Virus record (IMG/VR): IMGVR_UViG_3300027621_000003 | Coordinates: 62,001 to 126,000 of that record | DNA: 64,000 bases | Direction: 5' to 3' (one strand) | Part shown: positions 37,680-48,210 of the stretch, in pieces | Position numbering within the stretch: position 1 is the first letter of the stretch | Layout of the letters: each line of letters starts with the position of its first letter | The notes under the pieces: model-generated | Seen by the model: only the letters and a program-made list of their open reading frames with translations | Told to the model about the DNA's origin: nothing | Database searches by the model: none | Translations under genes and position numbers: made by a program

Positions 37680-37894
37680 TTACAACAAATAAAATATCGT
37701 TTGACGAAGCCAATGAAATTATCTCTGATATTAAAAACAGAGGAAATGGTGATTTAACAAAAGTTATGGATTTTTTAAATGAAGATTTTGAAGAAACAAA
37801 AAATCTTATTGTAGAATTGACCAAACACTTGGACAACATTGAATCTTTGTATGATAGCGTATTAAAAGAATATAATTCACGAAATAATGGATAA
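37676..37894 (+). CDS. Hypothetical protein
   Basis: 72-aa ORF overlapping both neighbours. Confidence 0.55.
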   Translation: MITTNKISFDEANEIISDIKNRGNGDLTKVMDFLNEDFEETKNLIVELTKHLDNIESLYDSVLKEYNSRNNG

Positions 37895-39398
37895 GTCACA
37901 AAAGAAAATAATATTTCCTGCCGAGGTTGTTAATAATCAAGACCCACAAATGTTGGGTCGTATTAGAGCATATCCGTTAGACCAAAATACAAGAGCCGTA
38001 TTGGAAGGTTATAGTTTTAATCCTGTAACCGATACTTGGGGACCAAAAGACCCCTTTGTACAATTACCATTATTACCAATGTTTTTTAGCCAAGTTCCTG
38101 ACGTTGGGGAAAGAGTTAACATTATTTACCAAAATAGTTTATATCCATTCCAAGACCAATATTATATTCAAGGAGCCTATTCATCACCAATGAGTTTACC
38201 CTTTGAAAATATTTTAGCGGCAAACAAATACACATCATTAGGTGATAGAGTTTTAAGTACATTATCCATTAAAAATAAAGATGGTACATACAAGAATGTA
38301 AAATCTTATGGTGTATTTCCTGAACCTGGTGACAACGCTTTATTGGGTAGAGGTGCGGCCGATGTCATTGTAAGAAGAAATAGTGTTATTTTAAGAGCCG
38401 GAAAAACAAAAAGGTTTGATACAAATAAACTACCTATTGCCAATACAAATAGAGCGTTTGTTCAATTATCAAATTTTGATTCATCAGAAAAAACTAAATA
38501 CACAGACCCAACTTTTATTAAAAAAACACAAACTTTTATTAAACTTGGAACTGCAAATCAACAAATTAAAAAATTAGTTGAGTGGGAAGTTCAAAATTTA
38601 GAAAACCAACAAAATGCCTTCACTGGTTCAATAAGATTATATTCATTAAAACCTGTTAATAAAACATTATCAGACAATATTGATTATGATAGTAATTTAG
38701 AAGATGTTAAATTTTTGGAATACTACCAAAATTTTATTGGTTTTTCATTTGAAAGAACCATTAAATTAATAAATGATTTTATTATTGGTGTTAATAATGG
38801 TCAACTACCAAATGGACCAATTGTTGAAAACCAATTTCCATTTATCTATAGACCAAACATTACCGCCAGAAAAATATTAAGAGACATTTCAACAACCGCA
38901 AATGCCGTTATCTTTACAAATGCATCAAGAATTGCAAATTCAATTACATTAAACCCCGGTTTAGGTACACAAGCCATAAAGTACGCGATTGTACGTTCAA
39001 AAGGTGAAGTAGGAAAACCCATTAAAGTTGATTTAGAAGATGTGGTTTCAAAACAAGTTGTTGCAGATTATGGAACATTTTTAGCCTCAGGTGCAGATAC
39101 AGTTTATCTTTTATCACATAAGTCAAACAAACCTGTTGATTTAGAGGGTACAATATATGGTATTACACAACAAGATATTATAGATAAAGTATTACCTTTT
39201 ACATCATCAATGGTTAGAGGTGAGGAGTTAATTGAATTACTTAATTTAATTGTTAGATTCTTAGTTGCTCACGTTCATCCAGTACCAGGAACCCCACCAG
39301 TTCCCGTTGCAACAGACGGAACACAATCCACACAAATATTGTTTGAATTACAAAATGCAGTAAATAAAATTCTAAATCCAAATATTAGAATTAATTGA
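37887..39398 (+). CDS. Baseplate central spike/hub protein (gp5/gpV-like)
   Basis: N-terminal OB-fold motif VVNNQDPQMLGRIRA..PDVGERVNI; C-terminal VRGEEL..AHVHP (HxH apex motif). Confidence 0.65.
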   Translation: MDKSQKKIIFPAEVVNNQDPQMLGRIRAYPLDQNTRAVLEGYSFNPVTDTWGPKDPFVQLPLLPMFFSQVPDVGERVNIIYQNSLYPFQDQYYIQGAYSSPMSLPFENILAANKYTSLGDRVLSTLSIKNKDGTYKNVKSYGVFPEPGDNALLGRGAADVIVRRNSVILRAGKTKRFDTNKLPIANTNRAFVQLSNFDSSEKTKYTDPTFIKKTQTFIKLGTANQQIKKLVEWEVQNLENQQNAFTGSIRLYSLKPVNKTLSDNIDYDSNLEDVKFLEYYQNFIGFSFERTIKLINDFIIGVNNGQLPNGPIVENQFPFIYRPNITARKILRDISTTANAVIFTNASRIANSITLNPGLGTQAIKYAIVRSKGEVGKPIKVDLEDVVSKQVVADYGTFLASGADTVYLLSHKSNKPVDLEGTIYGITQQDIIDKVLPFTSSMVRGEELIELLNLIVRFLVAHVHPVPGTPPVPVATDGTQSTQILFELQNAVNKILNPNIRIN

Positions 39399-39420
39399 TA
39401 TTTATATAGTAAAATATATA

Positions 39421-40908
39421 ATGTCAATTTTAAGGTCATATTTTAACAAGAACAACACAATCCAATTAAACAGTGTAGTTAATACGGGTAGAAACCCAAT
39501 TACACAACTTTATTTTGGGGGTGACTTAGCCACTTTTGCACCAAGAGGGTTTACAAGATTTCTTTTTGATTTGGATTTAGCAGATTTAATAGAAGGTGTT
39601 GCCACAGGCACAATATCAACAGGTTGTACAACAGGAATGACTCATGTATTAAACATGACAAATACATCAGCGTTTGATATTGATTTACTGAATACAACAA
39701 CAACTGATGGTTCTCGTAGAGCAACATCATTTGATTTAATATTATTCAGAATACCTGAATATTCAGGAACCACAGGTAATCCCCAAGATTGGGATGAAGG
39801 TGTTGGTTTTGATTATACATATCAACCTGTAGTGAGTCAATTCTCAGATAACGTACCATTTAGTGAAAGACCATCAAATTGGTTCCAAACAACCACTATA
39901 AATAATTGGTCATATCCAGGTCTATACAACAACACCAATACAATACCAACAACATCACTTTCAGGATTAAATTATTCGGCTTTAACAATTGTTGATACCC
40001 AACATTTTGAGTTTGGAAATGAAGATATTAACTTTAATATGACAAGTGAAATCAATGGTATTTTAAACGGTAGTATTACAGGTGTTACAGGTTGGGGTAT
40101 TGCATATGTTCCCGAGGTAGAAAACATCTCAGGATTGACTGAAACTTATTCTGTGGGGTTCTTTACCCGTCACACCCAAACGTTCTACCAGCCCTTCTTA
40201 CAAACCACATACGATGATATTATTAAGGATGATAGAAACACTTTTGCACAGAACAGAACAAATCAGTTATATTTGTATGTTTATCAAAATGGTGACTTTG
40301 TAAATTTGGACCAAAATCCTGTTGTTGATATTTTAAATCCTGATGGTGAACCTATTTCAGGTTATACTGGTCTAACTACTTGTTTACGTACAAAAGGTGT
40401 GTATGAAGTTGTAGTACCACCATTGAATGGATATTATACACCATGTCAATTCACAGATAAATGGACTAATATTGTTATTGATGGTAATAATTTATCTGAC
40501 ATTGAAAATGATTTTGTTTTATTACCAACATCTTCTGCATATCAAATTGGTGTTCAATCTAAAGACCCAATCCTTTATGGTTTTGATTTTAGTGGTATTA
40601 AACAAAATGAAAAAATACTTAACACCGACATTCGTAAAGTGATGGTAACTATTAAACAAGCTTACACAAGTCAGGTTGTTTTAAATAGTATTGACACATT
40701 TTATAGAGTATACGTTAGAGAAGGTAATACCGAAGTACAAGTTCAAGATTGGACACCAATTAATAGAACACCCAACGAATACTACTTTATGTTTGATACA
40801 AGAGATAAAATACCAAATCAATATTATGTTGATATAAAAGTGAATACTAGCGGAGAACGAGATACTTATCAAAAAGAATTAATGTTCCAAATCGTAAACA
40901 AAAAATGA
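39421..40908 (+). CDS. Probable virion structural protein
   Basis: 495 aa, T/G/N-rich beta-type composition, preceded by ATATTTATA. Confidence 0.5.
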   Translation: MSILRSYFNKNNTIQLNSVVNTGRNPITQLYFGGDLATFAPRGFTRFLFDLDLADLIEGVATGTISTGCTTGMTHVLNMTNTSAFDIDLLNTTTTDGSRRATSFDLILFRIPEYSGTTGNPQDWDEGVGFDYTYQPVVSQFSDNVPFSERPSNWFQTTTINNWSYPGLYNNTNTIPTTSLSGLNYSALTIVDTQHFEFGNEDINFNMTSEINGILNGSITGVTGWGIAYVPEVENISGLTETYSVGFFTRHTQTFYQPFLQTTYDDIIKDDRNTFAQNRTNQLYLYVYQNGDFVNLDQNPVVDILNPDGEPISGYTGLTTCLRTKGVYEVVVPPLNGYYTPCQFTDKWTNIVIDGNNLSDIENDFVLLPTSSAYQIGVQSKDPILYGFDFSGIKQNEKILNTDIRKVMVTIKQAYTSQVVLNSIDTFYRVYVREGNTEVQVQDWTPINRTPNEYYFMFDTRDKIPNQYYVDIKVNTSGERDTYQKELMFQIVNKK

Positions 40909-41375
40909 AAAAAATAGTTAGACTTAACGAATCTATGATTCAAGACCTTGTAAGAAAAGTATTACAAGAACAAAAAAATGAAAGATATATGTTCTTCTCT
41001 AATTTAGAACAAATGAAAAGACAATGTGAAATGTTGTTAGATTTAGATGAATCACAAATTGAAAGTATTCTTGACAATGGTCATGACTGGGCTCAAGACC
41101 ACATTTCTGAAGCAAAAAACAATATGGACCAAGTCTTTGATTTTTTAATGAATGAAATCAATGGGGGCGAAGACGAAACAATGGAGGTTGAACCTAATAT
41201 GATGGAAGGTAAGAAAAAAACGGGAACAAAATTATGTGTTCGTGGTAAAGCTGCGGCTAAAGCAAAATATGATGTTTACCCTTCGGCATATGCGAATGGT
41301 TATGCCGTTCAAGTGTGTAAAGGTAGGATGCCAGGTTTAGACGGAAAAAAACATTGTTCAGGTGCCTATTGTTAA
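40905..41375 (+). CDS. Hypothetical head-associated protein with C-terminal YPSAYANG/Cys motif
   Basis: RLNES/LQEQ motifs; LCVRGKAAAKAKYDVYPSAYANGYAVQVCKG. Confidence 0.55.
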   Translation: MKKIVRLNESMIQDLVRKVLQEQKNERYMFFSNLEQMKRQCEMLLDLDESQIESILDNGHDWAQDHISEAKNNMDQVFDFLMNEINGGEDETMEVEPNMMEGKKKTGTKLCVRGKAAAKAKYDVYPSAYANGYAVQVCKGRMPGLDGKKHCSGAYC

Positions 41376-41399
41376 TTCAAAAAAAAATTATTATCTTTG
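41369..41399 (+). promoter_or_regulatory. Bacteroidota-type housekeeping promoter (TTG-N20-TATCTTTG)
   Basis: TTG 41369-41371, TATCTTTG 41392-41399, ATG at 41413. Confidence 0.6.
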
Positions 41400-41412
41400 A
41401 ATCCATATTAAA

Positions 41413-41820
41413 ATGAAAGAATACAAACACATATTCAAAAGGTGGATTCAACGAATGTACATTGATTCTGCAAGAAAAATGGACTACGAACGTGGTCACA
41501 GGTCAAAATACGAGTTGGATTGTTTATCAATTTGTAAAAAATTGATTGATAAACCAGATACTCAATTATTGATGACACCACTTTCAAATAAAAAATACAT
41601 ACACAATCCTGCAAATTCTATTTTTATTACAATTGAAGGTAATACAGTTAATGTAATTAATCACAAATATTCATATACGGTTGTAATTCAAGACAAATCA
41701 AAAATTGAAATAACAAATCACTTTAATGAAGTTTTAGAAAGTCAAAGATTAAAAATGGAAGAAGAAATTACTTCCAATATCAAACATTCTCTTAAGAATA
41801 TATTACAAACATTAGTTTGA
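41413..41820 (+). CDS. Hypothetical protein
   Basis: 135-aa ORF with its own host-type promoter. Confidence 0.6.
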   Translation: MKEYKHIFKRWIQRMYIDSARKMDYERGHRSKYELDCLSICKKLIDKPDTQLLMTPLSNKKYIHNPANSIFITIEGNTVNVINHKYSYTVVIQDKSKIEITNHFNEVLESQRLKMEEEITSNIKHSLKNILQTLV

Positions 41821-42369
41821 TGGACAAACTTCCTTAGCGATTTTTTCTGTTTGTCCTTCTTCAATTAGTCCTATTCTGTGTAATACACAATAATATCTTG
41901 GGTTTTCATTTAAATGTTGTTGTGCAATTTTACGAGCTTCTTTTAAATCTTTAGCATATTGCGATTCAACCATTTCTCCAAGGTCTATCATTTTGTTTTT
42001 TCTGACCTGTTCGTTGAGGATGGACTTAATAAATTGTCTCATACCTTCATTAGTGTTTTTCTTTTTGGGTTTATAAGAGGTCATTATTGGTTTTTGACCT
42101 TTACCTGATTGAGTATCTTTTTTTTCAGCTTCTCTTTTTTGTCTACAAGCATTTTGTTTTGCGGAATCACTCATTTTACCCGCAACACCTGTTGCTCGAC
42201 ACTTTGGATAAGCACCTTTATCAGTGTCAGAACGACCACAAGGTGGATGTTTTCCATCTTTATCTTTCCTACAAATATTAACCCACGGCCCTTTAGGCTG
42301 ACTACTTCCTTTTGGCGCCTTTTTTTTGCCAAACCATACTGCCAAATCTTCATTTAATTGTTGTTCCAT
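41812..42369 (-). CDS. Hypothetical basic Cys-motif protein (WF..WVNI..PCGR..YPKC)
   Basis: 185-aa ORF; LNE motifs; upstream ATATTTATG at 42402-42410. Confidence 0.6.
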   Translation of the reverse strand: MEQQLNEDLAVWFGKKKAPKGSSQPKGPWVNICRKDKDGKHPPCGRSDTDKGAYPKCRATGVAGKMSDSAKQNACRQKREAEKKDTQSGKGQKPIMTSYKPKKKNTNEGMRQFIKSILNEQVRKNKMIDLGEMVESQYAKDLKEARKIAQQHLNENPRYYCVLHRIGLIEEGQTEKIAKEVCPSN

Positions 42370-42418
42370 GTTGTTTTTGTGAAAAAAATTACGATACTTA
42401 ACATAAATATAAAACCAT

Positions 42419-42658
42419 ATGGAAAATACTGAAAATACTGAAGAAATGTCAAAAAAAACACAAGAAATTATTGGTTCTCTTTTTGATACAATACATTACA
42501 CCTCAAATGAACAATTAAATTCACTTATTGATGGTATGAATGAAGAACAAGCGATATATTGTATAAGACAAGCATTAATCGCTTGCCACGTTAGAGGCGC
42601 ATTTACAATGGAAGAAACCGAAGCAGTTTCAAAGTCTTTAAGAGTTATAAATTCTTAA
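42419..42658 (+). CDS. Hypothetical protein
   Basis: 79-aa ORF. Confidence 0.55.
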   Translation: MENTENTEEMSKKTQEIIGSLFDTIHYTSNEQLNSLIDGMNEEQAIYCIRQALIACHVRGAFTMEETEAVSKSLRVINS

Positions 42659-43077
42659 GGTCTTGATGGTGTGGGTGTAGGTGTTTTTGTTGGAGTAACC
42701 GTAGGTGTTGATGTATTAGTTGTGGTTACACTTGGAGTAACCGTAGGTGTTACTGTATTTGTTGGAGTTACACTTGGTGTTACTGTATTTGTTGGAGTTA
42801 CACTTGGTGTTACTGTATTTGTTGGAGTTACACTTGGAGTTACTGAAGGAGTTGCGGTATTGCTTGGTGTTTGAGTAACTGGTGGCCATTCAATTGTAGA
42901 ATCTATTGTTAAATTTGAAAACGCCGTTTTATATGTACCATCAACATACCAAATGTTTACGGTTTCGTTTCCTTGAATTTCGTAATTATTAAATACAAAA
43001 TTATCATCACATCTTGTGTATGATATTACTTTAATACTTTCTGAAGTATTTGTTATTGTTGATTTTTTACAGGCCAT
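42655..43077 (-). CDS. Small Cys-domain protein with Thr/Pro mucin-like tail, directly downstream of the capsid gene
   Basis: MACKK..SYTRCDD domain then (SVTPTNTVTP)n; own GTATTTATA motif at 43101-43109. Confidence 0.7.
   Translation of the reverse strand: MACKKSTITNTSESIKVISYTRCDDNFVFNNYEIQGNETVNIWYVDGTYKTAFSNLTIDSTIEWPPVTQTPSNTATPSVTPSVTPTNTVTPSVTPTNTVTPSVTPTNTVTPTVTPSVTTTNTSTPTVTPTKTPTPTPSRP
42746..42835. repeat. Perfect 30-bp tandem repeat x3
   Basis: GGTGTTACTGTATTTGTTGGAGTTACACTT x3. Confidence 0.9.
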
Positions 43078-43120
43078 AATTTAATTATTTTTTTTATACA
43101 TATAAATACCACGTAAAAAC

Positions 43121-43149
43121 AAAAAAGGGAACCGAAGTTCCCTTTTTTT
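43121..43149 (-). terminator. Intrinsic terminator after the major capsid gene
   Basis: AAAAAAGGGAAC-CGAA-GTTCCCTTTTTTT hairpin (UUCG loop on the minus strand). Confidence 0.85.
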
Positions 43150-43166
43150 ATAAGTTTTAAGATAAA

Positions 43167-45023
43167 TTATCTTAATTCTTGTAAGTTGAATGTTCTTACA
43201 CCATCAACTGTTACTCTACCATAGAAACGGTTGTTAACCATTTTCTTAGCGTATCTTGTCATGATACCCTTGATAGGTGTGAAGTTGAATGGGTTATACA
43301 TAGTTGGAGTCAACTGTAAAGGAACATATGGAGCGTAGATGTACCCTGTATCCAACAAGCTAGTACCTTTGTGTCCGATTAACACTTGGTTAGCTGGGAA
43401 GTAAGGGTCACGATACACTTGGTATCTTCCTGACAATGTACCAACTCTTTCAATACCCATGTTGTATTGGTCTTGCTCAGGAGCTGCATTTGATACGTGG
43501 AAGTATTCCAAGTCATCAAAGATAGCAGATACTTCAGAAGATACAACAATCCAGTTAGCACCACCTCTTAAAGTTGATTTGTGAATTTGAGCAGACAATT
43601 GGTTAATTGCTGTAATCAAAGTTTGGTTCCAATCTTTTTGAGTGTAAGGAGTTGTACCAGCAGAAGATAGTCTCTTCCAACCGTTGTAATCCCATCTCAA
43701 GTTCCAAGCTGCACCTTTTCTCAAATCTCTCAAGATTTCTCTATCAATTTCTGCAGCAACTTGCTCAGATAATAATGCTGTTAATTCAGCCTCAGCATCA
43801 ATGTTGTGGAATGCCGCAACGTCTTGAGCTAATTCAGGAGACCATTGTGCTCTCAATTTTCTTTCTGTAACAGAAACAGTTACTGACTCAAGGTCAAAAG
43901 AAACTTCACCGATTTGGTCTTCAAATTCCAACTCTTTATACAATCTGTAAACTGCTAAGAATGCATTATTTGAACTTGTTGTAGATGAGAATGTTGAACC
44001 TGTGTAACCGTCCATAGATGAATCACCACAAGTAATACAAACTGGTACTTGTAAATCAATTTCTAAGAATATGAAACCATTAGCATCACATACGTTGTAG
44101 AAAGAACCACCTGAGTTAGCGTTGTAAGCACCAGGTCCACCAGGGAAATTAACTGTAACATTACTACCATACTGAACAATACCTTTACCATATCTTTGAG
44201 TTACAACTCTGAATAAGTAAGGGTTACTTGTGTTAGCTGAAGTTGTTCCGTTAGTAGAAACACCTAAGATGTTCAAACCTGATATGAATTCTTCAGTATC
44301 CATAGTATTACCATTAGGACCAATCAATTGACCAGCACCAGCGTTAGAGAAACCACTCATAACAATAATTACTTTTCTGTAATTATCTGTACCGTATGCT
44401 GCAGGTAATAAATAACCAGCGTTAGACCAAGCGTAAGTTACAGTTGAAGCAGTTACTGCTGTCCACTGACCTTTTGAATAGTCAAACAAACCAGGAGGAT
44501 TTAATCCAGCTTCGTTACCTTCGTAGAATAAGTCATATAAATCCTTATTGTAAATAGGGTTGAAGTCACCTGTTCCTGAATTGTAACCAGCATCTGGATT
44601 ACCATTATAGTTTCCTGGAGCACCTATAGGAGCGTAGTGTGAACCACTATTTCCAAATAGACCATCTGTTGATGTACCACCAGAATAACCTTGAATTTTA
44701 GGTACGAAGTAGAACAATTTACCGATTGGTAAGTTCATTGCTTGTACAGACACGATGTCGTTAGCTAATAATTTAGAGAATACTCTTCTCACGATTGGGA
44801 AAACAACCGTTTCAAAAGAACCTGAATCAGAAGTTGAAGAAGCTTCGTTAATTAAGTGTGAAGCTTGGTTTTCATACAACTGAGCCACGTTTTCTTTCAT
44901 GTGACCTTTTAGACCTTCTAAAAAGCCAAGTTTATCCCATTTGTTGATTGTGTCTTCTTTGATAACTTTAAGGTGTTTCAAACCAATGTTACCAACAAGA
45001 CCGCTTTCTAATAATGCACCCAT
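43167..45023 (-). CDS. Major capsid protein (T4 gp23-like)
   Basis: PIVRRVF..ANDIVSVQAMNLP, RKLRAQWSPELAQD..H.IDAEAEL..EIDREI, GYIYAPYVPL, FTPIKGIMTRYA. Confidence 0.95.
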   Translation of the reverse strand: MGALLESGLVGNIGLKHLKVIKEDTINKWDKLGFLEGLKGHMKENVAQLYENQASHLINEASSTSDSGSFETVVFPIVRRVFSKLLANDIVSVQAMNLPIGKLFYFVPKIQGYSGGTSTDGLFGNSGSHYAPIGAPGNYNGNPDAGYNSGTGDFNPIYNKDLYDLFYEGNEAGLNPPGLFDYSKGQWTAVTASTVTYAWSNAGYLLPAAYGTDNYRKVIIVMSGFSNAGAGQLIGPNGNTMDTEEFISGLNILGVSTNGTTSANTSNPYLFRVVTQRYGKGIVQYGSNVTVNFPGGPGAYNANSGGSFYNVCDANGFIFLEIDLQVPVCITCGDSSMDGYTGSTFSSTTSSNNAFLAVYRLYKELEFEDQIGEVSFDLESVTVSVTERKLRAQWSPELAQDVAAFHNIDAEAELTALLSEQVAAEIDREILRDLRKGAAWNLRWDYNGWKRLSSAGTTPYTQKDWNQTLITAINQLSAQIHKSTLRGGANWIVVSSEVSAIFDDLEYFHVSNAAPEQDQYNMGIERVGTLSGRYQVYRDPYFPANQVLIGHKGTSLLDTGYIYAPYVPLQLTPTMYNPFNFTPIKGIMTRYAKKMVNNRFYGRVTVDGVRTFNLQELR

Positions 45024-45059
45024 TTTAGTATTTTTTTTGTTTTTAAGTTTTATTTATTT

Positions 45060-46673
45060 TTATTTTTGTATTTTTTGCATAATATCCTTCATTCTTAAGA
45101 ACTGTGGATTTTCATACGTTTTTGACTCAATTAAGTTTTGTGAAGAACCTGATGCTGGAGATTTTCCAATTTTTTCAATAGATTCTGTTACAACACTTTG
45201 AGTACTACTTGTTGTGTTTAATTCTCCTTTAATTGATGAATATAAAGTTTTAGACTCTTTTAATGATTCAACATCATCAAATCTTCTTAAGATATTAATT
45301 TTTTCTTGTTTAGTTGTAGTATGTTCAGTAAACAATCTTGTAGCGTAAGCCAAGTTTGAATTAAATACTGCAACTTCATTTAATTTATCTCTGAAGATAT
45401 TAAGAGCTTTTCTATACTCTTCATTTTTTTCTCTTAATCTTTCAACTTCCTCAGCAAGAGCTTGATTTGGAATTACTTTCATTTTAGGTAAACCTTTTCT
45501 TTCAGCATAATTTCTAGTTCCATTACCTAATGTTCTAGCCGCTTCTTTAGTTTCCTCTTTTTCGTAATCTTTGTAATGACCATCTTTTTCACCAGCTTTC
45601 TTTTCAACACCATCAACATCCTTACGTCTGTATTCGTGTTTTTTAGAACCATACTTATCTTTCATTTCAGCTTCAGTGTATTCAAACTTTTTAGGTTTCA
45701 AATTCATACCAACTCCTTTAGCCATACCTTTTGGTTCAATAGCCGATTCTTTGGTTTCCATTTTTCTACCTTCTTTATATTCAAATTTAGCACTTCCGGT
45801 TTTAACACCTTTACCTACTACAGGTTTACTCATCATTGACCCTTCTTTAGTTTCCATTTTTTTAACTTTGTTAGTTAAAGAGGATTTAGTTAATTTACCC
45901 ATAACTGGTTTAATTGTCATTTTACCTTCAAACATGCTTTCATCACCACTATAATCATTCATGCTTTTATCATCACTATCATCATCCATGTAATCATCCA
46001 TTTCTATTTCATACACTACTTCATCCTCATCAACAACACCATCCTCATTATCATCACCATAATCATTCGGTTGTTCGTAAATGTTCATCTCTTCACCGAA
46101 AATATCAGCCATCATAGAATCTAAATCCTCGTCTGATAATTCTTCTTCTCCATCCATTTCTTGCATAGGTTCGTTTTCCATGTAACTTTCAGTTTGAATA
46201 ATGTATTCAACATCTTCGTCTTCATCACTCAAAGTAATTTGGTCGCCATCTTGTTTAACAATGATACCATCTTCATCACTCATAGATTTAAAAACCTTTA
46301 AGATTTCATCATCAGATGCGTTTGTAAGGTCAATTGGTAGTGTATCATCAGAATCCATATCAAAGTCCATCTCAAGTTCATCTTCCGATTCATCATCGTC
46401 AGAATCCATATCAATGTCCATTTCAACATCATCCATGTTTTCATCATCAGAATCCATATCCATATCCATGTCTAAATCATCTTCCGATTCATCATCCATT
46501 TCAACTCCCATTGATTCATCTTCAGCCTCGTTTTTCAAAGACTCTTTTACTAATTCTGAGATTTCTTCCTTCATTGTAGAAGCAAGTATTCCTTTTGCAT
46601 TTTCGGCAACTACTTGTTCCAAATTTCTCATTTGTAGTAGTGCTTCCTCAACTAACGACTTTTTTTCTGTCAT
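45060..46673 (-). CDS. Prohead scaffold/core protein (gp22-like position)
   Basis: Acidic D/E/M low-complexity region plus coiled coil, many LxE sites, directly upstream of the capsid gene. Confidence 0.7.
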   Translation of the reverse strand: MTEKKSLVEEALLQMRNLEQVVAENAKGILASTMKEEISELVKESLKNEAEDESMGVEMDDESEDDLDMDMDMDSDDENMDDVEMDIDMDSDDDESEDELEMDFDMDSDDTLPIDLTNASDDEILKVFKSMSDEDGIIVKQDGDQITLSDEDEDVEYIIQTESYMENEPMQEMDGEEELSDEDLDSMMADIFGEEMNIYEQPNDYGDDNEDGVVDEDEVVYEIEMDDYMDDDSDDKSMNDYSGDESMFEGKMTIKPVMGKLTKSSLTNKVKKMETKEGSMMSKPVVGKGVKTGSAKFEYKEGRKMETKESAIEPKGMAKGVGMNLKPKKFEYTEAEMKDKYGSKKHEYRRKDVDGVEKKAGEKDGHYKDYEKEETKEAARTLGNGTRNYAERKGLPKMKVIPNQALAEEVERLREKNEEYRKALNIFRDKLNEVAVFNSNLAYATRLFTEHTTTKQEKINILRRFDDVESLKESKTLYSSIKGELNTTSSTQSVVTESIEKIGKSPASGSSQNLIESKTYENPQFLRMKDIMQKIQK

Positions 46674-46755
46674 ATTATTATAGAATAATTTAACATATAA
46701 ATATATCCATATGCCAAAAAATTCTGTTTGGGCTTAGTAAAAACCCTAAATAAAT

Positions 46756-46784
46756 AAAAAACCCCTCGGTTATGAGGGGTTTTT
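46756..46784 (-). terminator. Intrinsic terminator
   Basis: AAAAAACCCCTC-GGTTAT-GAGGGGTTTTT hairpin. Confidence 0.8.
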
Positions 46785-46785
46785 A

Positions 46786-46998
46786 TTAATCTTGAATAAC
46801 TTCGTCTATTTTACTTTCGGAGACCGCTGTGATTCTCCAATCATGTTGAAACCCAGTATATCGGGATGTTACCTTGGCTTCAACATCAGTTACAGAGTAA
46901 CCTTTAACCAATTTTTCCTCTCGGATTTTTTTTAATTTTCCTGTATTTTCATCAGGTAAATCGTACTGTACTTTTGCTACAAAATATTTCTCGTCCAT
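46786..46998 (-). CDS. DUF4494-like small protein
   Basis: YFVAKVQY..ENTGKLKKIREEKLV..SVTDVEAKV resembles the Bacteroidota DUF4494 N-terminus. Confidence 0.55.
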   Translation of the reverse strand: MDEKYFVAKVQYDLPDENTGKLKKIREEKLVKGYSVTDVEAKVTSRYTGFQHDWRITAVSESKIDEVIQD

Positions 46999-47009
46999 GT
47001 TTTTTTAAA

Positions 47010-47741
47010 TTATTTGTCTAAATAATGATTTAATTTTTTTAATAAGTCAATAGAGCGATTCATTTTTGTTCCACTTTCTTGTTCTATTGGAGATGTTCTT
47101 AAAACTTTTTCTTCTTCTAAATTTTCTTCAAATTTGTTTCTATCATCAGGATTTGTAAATAAGTAAGCACCGGGTGTAGATGGTGAAGATACCAAATCAA
47201 AACAGATTAATTCAAAATCATCTTGTACTTCATTTTGTTCACCAGTCTTTTTTAATGAACCAACTCCACGTGAAGATATACCCAAAGTAACACCTTGTCT
47301 TAACAAGTTTGCTGCTTGGTCACCCTTTGTAGATACAATCCCTCTCTCATGGAATCCTGGTGAGGTTAGAAGACGTAACTTACCCATAAGGATATGTCCG
47401 TCCCACCAAATGTCATTAATGATGTGAGACACACGGTCAAGGTCAATTAATGATGATTCAGGGTGATTTAATTCTGAAAGAGATGTTCCTTTTTCAATCA
47501 TCTTTTTATAATTTTCAGATTCACGTTTTAAAATTCTTTCAGGGTACACCCTACCATTACGGTTTGGTGTGTTGTATTTTTGAAGTACGGCATAGAATTC
47601 AAAAGGTTTTGAATAATCCAAGAAATTCTTGTGATTTTCTTCAAGCATCTTTTTATTAAATTCATGAGATGGTGACACATATCCTGCGTCCATTTCAATC
47701 AATATTCCTTTACCTGTCTCGGTAGGTCCTAATATTTTCAT
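47010..47741 (-). CDS. Prohead maturation protease (T4 gp21-like)
   Basis: NRNGRVYP, ELNHP, VSH, GISSRGVGS, DLVSSPSTPGAY. Confidence 0.92.
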   Translation of the reverse strand: MKILGPTETGKGILIEMDAGYVSPSHEFNKKMLEENHKNFLDYSKPFEFYAVLQKYNTPNRNGRVYPERILKRESENYKKMIEKGTSLSELNHPESSLIDLDRVSHIINDIWWDGHILMGKLRLLTSPGFHERGIVSTKGDQAANLLRQGVTLGISSRGVGSLKKTGEQNEVQDDFELICFDLVSSPSTPGAYLFTNPDDRNKFEENLEEEKVLRTSPIEQESGTKMNRSIDLLKKLNHYLDK

Positions 47742-47763
47742 ACGTATGTTTTAGTAATAAATA

Positions 47764-48210
47764 CTAGGATGCTTCTTCTTTGCTCTTTTTAGATAGTGTA
47801 AAATCAAAATACTCGTTCTTTTTAAAGTTTTCAATATAAATTTCTTTGGCAATTCTTTTTAATTTATCTTTAAGAATTGTATCTTTAAAATCTATTTCTT
47901 GAGATAAGAATAAAGTAATTTCCAAATTCATAAAACTTTTCTTCCCGTAAACAATCCCGCTAGTTCTTAAATCCAAGTCAATAATATAATTGTCTTTAAA
48001 AAATGTTGGGTCTAGTATTTCAAATATTGTATGTTTTATCTGTCTACTAAAATTTGATACTATTCTTTCCCAATTGTTATAACTTTGTTTTGGTGAAACC
48101 CAACTTTGTAGATTAAGATAAACCGATTTAAAATTTTTGGAATCAACTGTTCCATAACTCACTTTTGAATTGTTGAATCCTACAATTCGTGATGTTTTTC
48201 CTTTTTTCAT
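47764..48210 (-). CDS. Hypothetical protein
   Basis: 148-aa ORF. Confidence 0.6.
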   Translation of the reverse strand: MKKGKTSRIVGFNNSKVSYGTVDSKNFKSVYLNLQSWVSPKQSYNNWERIVSNFSRQIKHTIFEILDPTFFKDNYIIDLDLRTSGIVYGKKSFMNLEITLFLSQEIDFKDTILKDKLKRIAKEIYIENFKKNEYFDFTLSKKSKEEAS

